NCBI GenBank assembly: GCA_031281585.1
Contig: JAITFE010000158.1
Span: 3,477-67,476, forward strand
Origin: Bifidobacteriaceae bacterium
Lineage (GTDB): Bacteria; Actinomycetota; Actinomycetes; Actinomycetales; WQXJ01
Length of the DNA stretch: 64,000 nt
Direction: 5' to 3'
This document shows positions 26,091 to 34,130 of the stretch, in pieces. The notes under the pieces are model-generated. The model made no database searches. It was not told the DNA's origin and saw nothing but the letters and a program-made list of their open reading frames with translations. Every line of letters starts with the position of its first letter. The stretch's first letter is position 1. The position numbers and the translations under genes were made by a program.

Positions 26091-26252
26091 TTATACCCAG
26101 AGTTTTCCACAGGGGCGAAGAAGCGCGGCAATGCCCTGTGGAAAGAGAGGTGCACCCTGTGAATAACATGGTTGAACACCTGTGGATAGAGCGGTGACCT
26201 GCGGAAACGAGGACCAGCTGCCTAACTTGACAAGGCGGCCGCCTGTGGATAA
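26091..26252. promoter_or_regulatory. Cluster of DnaA-box-like 9-mers (cluster 2)
   Basis: TGTGGATAA 26244-26252 is the exact complement of TTATCCACA. Also TTTTCCACA 26103, TGTGGAAAG 26137, TGTGAATAA 26158, TGTGGATAG 26181 and TTATACCCA 26091. The patch is locally AT-richer and lies in a convergent intergenic region (25893 stop +, 26409 stop -). Confidence 0.5.
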
Positions 26253-26408
26253 AAGGGGGCCTTCGTGCCCGGAGCCCGCTGCGCGCCAGGCTTCCTACCG
26301 ACTTCGGGCGCGGCCGGATTGACCTGAAACTGGCTTCGGTGGCCGTTTGAGGTCAATCATGCCCGCCGGAGCGTGGGGCGATAACGGATCACGCGGCCGA
26401 ATCAGGGC

Positions 26409-27389
26409 CTACAAGGCCGCCAGCTTGTCAAAGGCCGCGTCCAGTTCCGGCGAGGGCACGGCCAAATGCGGGTGGGAATCGTGGAAGCTGACGTATTGGG
26501 CAGCGCCGACCCGCCAGGGGATCTTCTGCGCGAACCCGGACGCGATCGCCCGCACCTTCGAGTTGTCGAAGACCACCGAGTGGGCTTTGTCGCCAATCAA
26601 CCCGTCCAGCGCCTCCGGGATGAACCGGCCGATCATCGAAGAGGACACGTGGACCAGCGTCGGGTTCTTGACCCCCGCGGCCAAAGCCAGGTCCCGGTAG
26701 ATCGCGTCCCACGGGGCGACCTCGTCGCCCGTGATGTGGAACGTGTTCCCAATGGCCCGGCGGTCGGCGAACAGCGGCACAAAGCAATAGGCGAAGTCTG
26801 AGGCGTGCGTCAAAGTCCACAGCGACGTGCCGTCGCCCTGCACAATCACGGGTTTGCCCGCCCGCATGCGCGCCACGTCGGTCCAGCCGCCCAGGGTCAC
26901 CGACATGGCGGCATCGTAGGTGTGGGACGGCCGGACAATGGTGGCCGGGAAGCCCTCCCGCCGGACCAAGTCGACCAAGTAATCCTCGCATGCGATCTTG
27001 TCGCGGGAGTATTGCCAGAACGGGTTGACGAGCGGCGTCGACTCGGTGATCGGCAGGGAAGCGACAGGCTTCTGATACGCCGAGGCCGTGGAAATGAAAA
27101 TGTACTGCCCACACCGGCCGGCCAGCAGCTCGACGTTCCGCCTCAGCCGGGCCACGTCGAAGGACAAGAAGTCCGCCACCACGTCGAATTCGCGCCCGGC
27201 CAGCGCCACCTGCAAGGAGCCCGAGTCCGTCACGTCCGCCTTGATCCATTCCACCCCGTCCGGCAGCGGCCGGATTTGCGACAACCCCCGCCCCACCGCG
27301 CTGACGTTCCAGCCCGCCTGTTGGGCCGCCCGCACGCACCACCATGAGATAGTCCCAGTGCCGCCAATGAACAGGACGCTTCCCTCCAT
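26409..27389 (-). CDS. NAD-dependent epimerase/dehydratase family protein
   Basis: LFIGGTGTISWW Rossmann motif. 326 aa, SDR-extended-like. Confidence 0.8.
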   Translation of the reverse strand: MEGSVLFIGGTGTISWWCVRAAQQAGWNVSAVGRGLSQIRPLPDGVEWIKADVTDSGSLQVALAGREFDVVADFLSFDVARLRRNVELLAGRCGQYIFISTASAYQKPVASLPITESTPLVNPFWQYSRDKIACEDYLVDLVRREGFPATIVRPSHTYDAAMSVTLGGWTDVARMRAGKPVIVQGDGTSLWTLTHASDFAYCFVPLFADRRAIGNTFHITGDEVAPWDAIYRDLALAAGVKNPTLVHVSSSMIGRFIPEALDGLIGDKAHSVVFDNSKVRAIASGFAQKIPWRVGAAQYVSFHDSHPHLAVPSPELDAAFDKLAAL

Positions 27390-27414
27390 AGCCGGTCCCC
27401 ACTCCCTCCCGAAA

Positions 27415-28494
27415 TCAGTCGATCATGTTCGCCGCGGCGGCCGCCACCACCGCCGGGTCGATCAGGATCCGGTGATGGCCCAGGCCCTCGGTCGTCACCA
27501 GCGTGGCGCCGGCCCAAGAGGCCGCGATCCCCTGCGCAACACGGTAGGGGGATTCCTTGTCCACCGCGTCGTGGATGACCAAAGCGTCCGGCAACAGCCC
27601 GCTCGCCCCCATTTCCGCGATGTCGAAGTCCGCCAGCTTGACGTGGGCCCGCTTTTCCATTTCCTCCGTCAGCATTCGCTCCGCCCGCTTGCCGAACCCC
27701 AGTTTGCGCGCGAACGTCTTCGCCACCGCCCGCATGTCCGGACTGGGCGAAACCAGCGTCAGCTTCTCAAACTCCGCACTCCCGTTGAGGTAGCAACGGC
27801 ATGCCGCCGCGCAGCCCAGCGAGTGGGCTATCACGCCATACGGTTGCCCGATCCCGTCCGCCACCTTTTTCAGAGACCGCATCAGTTCGCCGCCGCTTGA
27901 GTGGGTTGGGCCGTGCTCTCCCGGCCCCGAGTCGCCATGCGACAGCGCGTCGAAGGACACCACCCTGAACCCGGCTCGGGTGAGCGGCTCGACGAAGGCG
28001 GCAACTTGGCCGCGCCACCCGCCCCAACCATGGACCAGGAGAACGGTCTTGGGTTCGGATTCGGCCGCAGAAGACCAGCCCGCGCGGGCCGGGCGGCCGG
28101 CGGCCGGCTGGGCGGCATCGGCGGCGGGTGAGTGGCCCTGGGCCGGCGCGGAACTGTCGGGCGCGGGCGCGGGTTGCCGGGCCGGCGGGGAGGCTGGGGG
28201 CGGCTGGGCGGCATCGGCGGAAGGGTGGCTGTGCGGCTCCCAGGTCTCGACCACCAGGTCGGAGCCCAAGACGGTGGGGATTCGGCTGATGGAGCCGGGC
28301 CAGGGCCGGTTGTCCTTGCGGCGGCCGGGGTTGCCGGGGAGCTTGCACCAGATGCGGGCCGCCGCCTTGGCGGCCAGGCGGGGCGTCAGCAAACCGCCGC
28401 CCACAAAGCCGACCCAGCCAACCATTTGGACGGCTCGCTTGCGCAGGGACGGCTTGCGGCGCGGGACGCGGGTGGGCAGGTCTAGCCGGGTCAT
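27415..28494 (-). CDS. Alpha/beta hydrolase
   Basis: LLVHGWGGW oxyanion region and nucleophile elbow AHSLG. Pro/Ala-rich insertion in the N-terminal third. Confidence 0.8.
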   Translation of the reverse strand: MTRLDLPTRVPRRKPSLRKRAVQMVGWVGFVGGGLLTPRLAAKAAARIWCKLPGNPGRRKDNRPWPGSISRIPTVLGSDLVVETWEPHSHPSADAAQPPPASPPARQPAPAPDSSAPAQGHSPAADAAQPAAGRPARAGWSSAAESEPKTVLLVHGWGGWRGQVAAFVEPLTRAGFRVVSFDALSHGDSGPGEHGPTHSSGGELMRSLKKVADGIGQPYGVIAHSLGCAAACRCYLNGSAEFEKLTLVSPSPDMRAVAKTFARKLGFGKRAERMLTEEMEKRAHVKLADFDIAEMGASGLLPDALVIHDAVDKESPYRVAQGIAASWAGATLVTTEGLGHHRILIDPAVVAAAAANMID

Positions 28495-28984
28495 GATTGG
28501 TTCAGACTAGTCCGCTTCGCCGACGCCGCGAAAGCCGGGATTCCGTCCACTCGCCTCCGCGAGAGCCGGATTCCGGCCGGCGGTTGCCCGCCAGAGCCCC
28601 ATTCTGTCTGCTTCGGTCCCGCCGCTCGCCCGGCGGCCCGGACGAACGCGGATCGCGCTGGACAAAACGCGGCTTTCGAGGAGGGGGGGTGGATACGCCC
28701 GGCCTTTCGCGGGTGGCCTATAGAACAGACGAGGTTCGCGGGCGCGCCGACCTGGCAGAGTGACCGAAACGTGATCCTTTCGTTATCGAATTGGGGCGCG
28801 GGAGTCCAGATTGTGACGCGGGGTGGGCCGTTTTTGCGCCTCGGGGGCGCGGGCGGAGGATAGTGTCGCCGGGTGTGGCAAGCTGGGCGTTGCCGCGGCG
28901 CGGCCCAGCACCGAAAACCGCAAGCCACCACGGCCGGACCCGGACCCTCGGGCGAGGCGACCAGCACCCGAAGGAGGACCGGCT

Positions 28985-31480
28985 ATGGCTTGGCAGCCGA
29001 TTGAAGACCCGCTGGACCGCACGCGCTTCCCGGTCGACCCGTGGCGGTTGGCCGAAGTCGCGTACGACCAACGCGACATTGGGGTGACCGAGACGCTGTT
29101 CGCGGTCGGCAACGGCTACATGGGCATGCGCGGCAATCCGGAGGAGGGCCGGGTCGCCTACGAGCACGGCACCTACATAAACGGGTTCCACGAGACTTTC
29201 CGCATTCGCCACGCGGAGGACGCCTACGGCTTCGCGACCGTGGGCCAGACCATGGTCAACGTTCCGGACGCCAAGGTCATTCGGCTCTACATTGACGACG
29301 AGCCGCTCTTGCTGACCGTCGCCGACTTGCAGGAATACCGCCGCACGCTGGACTTCAGGACGGGCCAGCTCAAACGGCACCTGGTTTGGCGGACGCCGTC
29401 CGGCAAGCTGGCCAGAATTGTCACAACGCGGATGACTTCGTTGACGGAGCGGCATTTGGCGCTGATGACCTATGAGGTGACGGTTGACCGCGACGCGCCG
29501 GTGACGCTGTCCTCCGGGATCATCAACCGACAAGACGGCGAGGACGAATACCACGTCTCCGGCCCGGACGCGGGCAACCCGGCATGGGATCCGCGCAAGA
29601 CCGAGACCTTCCCGGAGCGGGTGCTGCTGCCGGAGTTGGCGGAGCAAGACGGCGCCGACGGGCCGGTGTTCCTGGGCTACCGGTGCGCCAACTCGGGCAT
29701 GACGGTGACGGTGGGGGCAGCGCACGAACTGGTCACGGACAACGAGTTCTCCCGGACCGACCTGGTTTCGGATGACCAGGCGGAGACCCGGTTCACCGTC
29801 AAGGCGCGGGCCGGGGTGCCGGTGCGGCTGACCAAACTGGTGGCGTATCACACGTCCCGCGGCGTCCCCCCGACGGAGTTGCGGGAGCGCTGCCGGTTGA
29901 CCTTGGGCCGGGGCGCGGAGCGCGGAGCCGCCGGCCTGGCCGAGGATCAACGCCAGTTCCTGGACCGCTTCTGGGACCGGTCTGATGTGGAGGTGCTGGG
30001 GCAGGGCGCCACCCAGCAGGCGGTGCGCTGGAACCTGTTCCAAGTCCTCCAGGCCTCGGCGCGGGCGGAGGGCGTGGGCATTCCGGCCAAGGGTGTCACC
30101 GGCTCGGGCTATTCGGGGCACTATTTCTGGGATTCGGAAATCTACGTTCTGCCTTTCCTGACCTACACCACGCCGCGTTGGGCCCGCAACGCTTTGCGGT
30201 TCCGCTACACCATGCTCGATGCCGCGCGGCGGCGGGCGCTCGAATTGTCGGAAGTCGGCGCCCTCTACCCGTGGCGAACCATCAACGGCGAGGAGGCGTC
30301 CGCCTTCTACGCCGCGGGGACCGCGCAGTATCACATCGACGCGGACGTCGCGTACGCGTTGACGCAATACCTGCGGGCGAGCGACGACTTCGGCTTCCTG
30401 GAGCGCGAGGCGATTGACATTCTGGTCGAGACGGCCCGCATGTGGCAGGGGCTTGGGTTTATGCGCGAACCCGGGCGCGGCGCCCCGGTCGAGTTCTATA
30501 TCCACGGCGTGACGGGGCCGGACGAATACACCACGGTGGTGAATGACAATCTTTTCACCAACGTCATGGCGCGGTTCAACCTGCGGGCGGCGGCGCGGGC
30601 CGTTTACCTGCTGAAAGACAACAACGAGGTGGCCTATGGCAAGGCCGTGGCGCGTTTGGGGCTGCGCCCGGAGGAGCCGGGCGAATGGCTGGAGGCGGCC
30701 GAGGCCATGCACATCCCCTACGATCCGTCGCTGGGGATTCACCCGCAGGACGATCAATTCCTGCAAAAGGAGCTGTGGGACTTGGCGGCCACGCCGGCCT
30801 CCAAGCGGCCGTTGTTGCTTCATTACCATCCGCTGGTCATCTACCGCTTCCAGGTCCTCAAGCAAACGGACGTGGTGCTGGCGCAGTTCCTTTGCTCGAA
30901 GGATTTCACGGCTGAGGAGAAGCTGGCGGATTTCGACTATTACGATCCGCTGACCACCGGTGACTCCTCGCTCAGCGCCGTGGCGCAGGCGATCATGGCG
31001 GCGGAGGTCGGCTACCAGGAATTGGCCCAAAAGTACTTCTACGCCGCGCTCTACGTGGATCTGAGCAACCTGCACGGGAACGCCGTTGACGGCGTGCACG
31101 TCGCCTCCGCCGGCGGAGTGTGGTCTTCGCTGGTGTTCGGCTTCGCCGGGCTGCGGGACTGGGAGGGCCAGTTGTCATTCGAGCCGCGGTTGCCGGAACT
31201 GTGGGACGGGGTCTCATTCAAGCTCGCCTTCTGCGGCACGCGACTCGGCGTGTTGCTGACGCAGGAACGGATCGAGTTCACCTTGTTGGAAGGGACCGCG
31301 ACCACCGTTTGGGTGCGGGGCGAGCGCGTGGAAGTCGGGCCCGGCGGCCCTGTGGCCGTGCCGTTGGCGGATCAAGGCCCGCGCCTGCTGGGCGCGCCCA
31401 CGGCGCGCGACATCACGGGAGCCGTCAGGGCGGACGGTTCGGTCATCACCGCCACGGTGCCTACCCCGGTGGGGGACTGA
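28985..31480 (+). CDS. Glycoside hydrolase family 65 disaccharide phosphorylase (maltose/trehalose/kojibiose phosphorylase-like)
   Basis: ATG 28985 (MAWQPIEDPLDRTRF). GH65 hallmarks LFAVGNGYMGMRGN and GSGYSGHYFWDSEIY. About 831 aa. Confidence 0.9.
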   Translation: MAWQPIEDPLDRTRFPVDPWRLAEVAYDQRDIGVTETLFAVGNGYMGMRGNPEEGRVAYEHGTYINGFHETFRIRHAEDAYGFATVGQTMVNVPDAKVIRLYIDDEPLLLTVADLQEYRRTLDFRTGQLKRHLVWRTPSGKLARIVTTRMTSLTERHLALMTYEVTVDRDAPVTLSSGIINRQDGEDEYHVSGPDAGNPAWDPRKTETFPERVLLPELAEQDGADGPVFLGYRCANSGMTVTVGAAHELVTDNEFSRTDLVSDDQAETRFTVKARAGVPVRLTKLVAYHTSRGVPPTELRERCRLTLGRGAERGAAGLAEDQRQFLDRFWDRSDVEVLGQGATQQAVRWNLFQVLQASARAEGVGIPAKGVTGSGYSGHYFWDSEIYVLPFLTYTTPRWARNALRFRYTMLDAARRRALELSEVGALYPWRTINGEEASAFYAAGTAQYHIDADVAYALTQYLRASDDFGFLEREAIDILVETARMWQGLGFMREPGRGAPVEFYIHGVTGPDEYTTVVNDNLFTNVMARFNLRAAARAVYLLKDNNEVAYGKAVARLGLRPEEPGEWLEAAEAMHIPYDPSLGIHPQDDQFLQKELWDLAATPASKRPLLLHYHPLVIYRFQVLKQTDVVLAQFLCSKDFTAEEKLADFDYYDPLTTGDSSLSAVAQAIMAAEVGYQELAQKYFYAALYVDLSNLHGNAVDGVHVASAGGVWSSLVFGFAGLRDWEGQLSFEPRLPELWDGVSFKLAFCGTRLGVLLTQERIEFTLLEGTATTVWVRGERVEVGPGGPVAVPLADQGPRLLGAPTARDITGAVRADGSVITATVPTPVGD

Positions 31481-31623
31481 CGCTCGGGCGGCGCCGTGAC
31501 CCCGGGGCCGTCGGGGTGCGGCTTTGCGGGACAGCGGGGCCGGGGGAAGTTTTAGGTGAAAATGTCGTCTTGTCGGCCAGCCTAAATGGCCGCGGAGCGG
31601 CAATTCGTGTCAATGTTGACCCC

Positions 31624-32292
31624 ATGGTGTTTGGCAATTCCCCAACTGCGGCAACGCCGGAGGCAGACGACTCGCTCGCCATAACCGTTGTCGTGGTGGA
31701 CGATCACCCCGTGGTGCGGCGCGGCATGGTGGATTTGCTGCGGGAAAGCCCGGATATCGAAGTGATCGGCGAGGCGAGCACTGGCGAGGAAGGCGTGCGG
31801 GTGGTCCGCGAGACGGCACCGGATGTGGTCATGATGGATTTGGAAATGCCCGGCAGAGGCGGCATCTGGGCCATTTCTCAAATCCTGGCCGACTCGACCC
31901 GTGCGGGAGCGAACACGCAGGTCTTGGCCGTGACGGTGTTCGAATCGGACGCCCGCATCAAAGAGGCCATAGCGGCGGGGGCCGCCGAATACCTGATCAA
32001 AGCCAGCCGCCCGGAGGTCTTCGCCCAGGCGGTGCGGCGGGTGGCGGCGGGGCGCGCCGTGTTGACCGCCGAGGTCAAGGCTGCTTTGGCGAACCGCAAA
32101 GGCGGCTTGTCGAAAAGGGAGACGGAAATCCTGCGGCTGGTCGCCAAGGGAATGTCCAACATTGAAATCGCGGAGGAGCTGTACGTGGCTCCGTCTACCA
32201 TCAAGACGCTGCTGACCAGGATCTACATGAAACTAGACGTGGCCGATCGCGCGGCTGCCGTCGCCGAGGCGCTGGCCCGCGACCTGATCTAG
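31624..32292 (+). CDS. NarL/LuxR-family response regulator (no adjacent histidine kinase)
   Basis: Receiver domain (VVVVDDHP, VVMMDLEMPG). C-terminal LuxR HTH (LSKRETEILRLVAKGMSNIEIAEELYVAPSTIKT). Confidence 0.9.
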   Translation: MVFGNSPTAATPEADDSLAITVVVVDDHPVVRRGMVDLLRESPDIEVIGEASTGEEGVRVVRETAPDVVMMDLEMPGRGGIWAISQILADSTRAGANTQVLAVTVFESDARIKEAIAAGAAEYLIKASRPEVFAQAVRRVAAGRAVLTAEVKAALANRKGGLSKRETEILRLVAKGMSNIEIAEELYVAPSTIKTLLTRIYMKLDVADRAAAVAEALARDLI

Positions 32293-32314
32293 CGGCCGGG
32301 TCGCCGCGCCAAAG

Positions 32315-32334
32315 TCCCCCGTTTGGGGGACGCG
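32315..32334. promoter_or_regulatory. 6-4-6 palindrome TCCCCC-GTTT-GGGGGA + CGCG (copy 1)
   Basis: tcccccgtttgggggacgcg. It lies 23 nt after the response-regulator stop and about 35 nt before ORF 32369. Confidence 0.55.
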
Positions 32335-32368
32335 AACATCTGTCCGGGTGCGTTTCAGTGGATGCTGA

Positions 32369-33271
32369 TTGTTTGTGACATGGCGAAAGGCTCTTGGGGT
32401 GTTGGCGGTCGCTCCCGCCGAGCCGCGCCGCGGTGCCAACCGGGAGGCGGTGAACCCGAACGTGGAAGGAGCCCCGAACGCGGGCGGCCTGAACGCGGAG
32501 CACTCGGTCGCAACGGACGGCCAACGCTGCGACGTGACGCGCAGCGTCACCCTGGGCGGTTTGGACGCCAGCTTGTGCGTGGATTCGGCGGCGGCTCGCC
32601 ACGCGGAGGGGTGGTCCTCTCTGGTGACCGTGACAGCTTGGCGGGAGGCGGCGAGCGCCCAAGCCTCCGGCCACACGGCCCCAAAGCTGCTGCCGCCGCA
32701 TCTTCCCCCGCGCGCGGGTTTGACGCCGGGGTTCGCCGCGGTCACGGTCGAGGTCAAGGGGATGGGCGGGGACAAAGCCGACGCTCCCCGTGACGGGATC
32801 CTGGTCGAATTGCGCGGCGGCGGCCGGTTCGCCAGGACCGCGTACACCAACGAGGAGGGCTGGGCCTTCTTCTTGGTGCAGCCGTCCGCGACCGGCGGCG
32901 ACTATCAGGCCAGGCTGTTGGGCGGACACGGGCCGGGAACCTATGTGGCGCCTGGCGGAGCCGCCAAACCAACCCAGGCCGTCTCAACCCTCGCCCCAGG
33001 CGCGGACCGGCTGGTGACCTTCGAGGCCTACGACCTGGCCGCCCGGCTGCGGGTCGACGTGGCCAATTGGGACGGGATCGCCCGGCCGATCACCCTGTGG
33101 GCTTCGGCCGGGGGCGCGGCAGTCGGGGCCGCGCAACAGTACAACGGCGCCGCCGTCCTGTTCGACCGCCTGTATCCCGGCGCGTATTCAGTCGAGTTGA
33201 GCGGCGTGCCCCCTGTGGCCGTCACCCTGGCGGCGAACGAGACAGGCGAGGCGACCCTGGTGCTGGCGTGA
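32369..33271 (+). CDS. Hypothetical protein with beta-sandwich (carboxypeptidase-regulatory-like) repeats
   Basis: 300-aa ORF with plausible composition. Segments such as GILVELRGGGRFARTAYTNEEGWAFF resemble CarboxypepD_reg-type folds. Start and export signal are unclear. Confidence 0.45.
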   Translation: MFVTWRKALGVLAVAPAEPRRGANREAVNPNVEGAPNAGGLNAEHSVATDGQRCDVTRSVTLGGLDASLCVDSAAARHAEGWSSLVTVTAWREAASAQASGHTAPKLLPPHLPPRAGLTPGFAAVTVEVKGMGGDKADAPRDGILVELRGGGRFARTAYTNEEGWAFFLVQPSATGGDYQARLLGGHGPGTYVAPGGAAKPTQAVSTLAPGADRLVTFEAYDLAARLRVDVANWDGIARPITLWASAGGAAVGAAQQYNGAAVLFDRLYPGAYSVELSGVPPVAVTLAANETGEATLVLA

Positions 33272-33345
33272 GCCCCGGTCGCTCTTCGACGCGGAGCGCC
33301 GCCCGCGTCATGCGGCCTGGACCGGACCGCCAAGAAGGCTCAGAT

Positions 33346-33365
33346 TCCCCCATTTGGGGGACGCG
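33346..33365. promoter_or_regulatory. 6-4-6 palindrome TCCCCC-ATTT-GGGGGA + CGCG (copy 2)
   Basis: tcccccatttgggggacgcg. It lies 75 nt after the stop at 33271. Confidence 0.55.
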
Positions 33366-33932
33366 CGAATCCGCCGAAGGCGGTTGGCTAGTAATCACCC
33401 CGTTCGTCCAGAACACCTCCCAAGGCGCCCTGAGACGATCGGCGTTTTTCGGGTGCTGATAGCGGTCGGGTTGGGGTCCTTGCCGCAAAAGGGGCCTGGC
33501 GAGCGCGGCGGCCTTAAGGGCCGCGCGCGGCCAGACGGCGTTACCGAAAAACGCGGGTCTCAATTGGGCGGTGGTCGGGACGCACGGGGTCATTGACCGA
33601 ATTGGATTATTCGAGTTTCCAGGGCTCGAAGTACGGACTGGGTCACTTCCTATGGTGTGTGCCGCCCCCCGTTTGGTTCAAGGACTGGTCAATGGGGTAC
33701 CGGTCCGGCGCGCGCGCTCGCTCGGCGGTTGGGGGTGCGGATTCGCTATAGCAGCGGCGCAAGCACACGCTAGCCGGGCCGCCGGGCCGGTACCCCAAAC
33801 TTCCCCGGCGAGCGGGCCTCGCCACAGCCGCGCCGCCGGCAGTTGCCTGAAGGGCGGTATTCCCCACCATTTCCCGGGATTTACGGATTGGCGGCCCGTC
33901 AACGCGCTGGCCTGGGCCGTTGCGCCTAGCTG

Positions 33933-33952
33933 TCCCCCATCTGGGGGACGCG
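33933..33952. promoter_or_regulatory. 6-4-6 palindrome TCCCCC-ATCT-GGGGGA + CGCG (copy 3)
   Basis: tcccccatctgggggacgcg. It lies about 180 nt upstream of the giant gene ATG 34131. Confidence 0.55.
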
Positions 33953-34130
33953 CCGCCAAAGGGGCCCCAGGTTGACTCAGGGGGAGTTTCCGTTTTCATG
34001 CCCTCGTGAAAGGTAATCCTCTATGTTGCGAAGGCGCCGTCCCCGCTCGACGGCCACGCGAGCCAGCGCCGGGGCTCCGGCGGAGTCTCTTGCCGGAGTC
34101 GTCCGACCCAGAGAAGCAGAGGTGTAGGCC

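Noticed and set aside
11011-26252. Either DnaA-box cluster being the chromosomal origin oriC itself.
   Set aside because: No dnaA or dnaN gene flanks either cluster, no clear AT-rich unwinding element or 13-mer repeats are present, and each cluster is short. They are reported only as auxiliary DnaA-box clusters.
24342-26408. An intact integrative element or prophage at tRNA-Leu.
   Set aside because: No integrase, excisionase or phage genes are present, and no duplicated tRNA 3' segment was found by eye within the window. It is kept only as a low-interest synteny-break observation.
28718-31099. 793-aa minus-strand ORF covering the GH65 gene.
   Set aside because: It is antisense to an ORF with unambiguous GH65 motifs, and its composition is Arg/Gln/Pro-biased without any recognisable domain.
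33354-33999. The ORFs 33354..33596(+), 33571..33975(+), 33643..33999(-) and 33678..33959(-) in the gap before the giant gene.
   Set aside because: They overlap one another on both strands, have no SD or motif support, and have Arg/Gly/Pro-biased translations. The region is treated as non-coding pending expression data.
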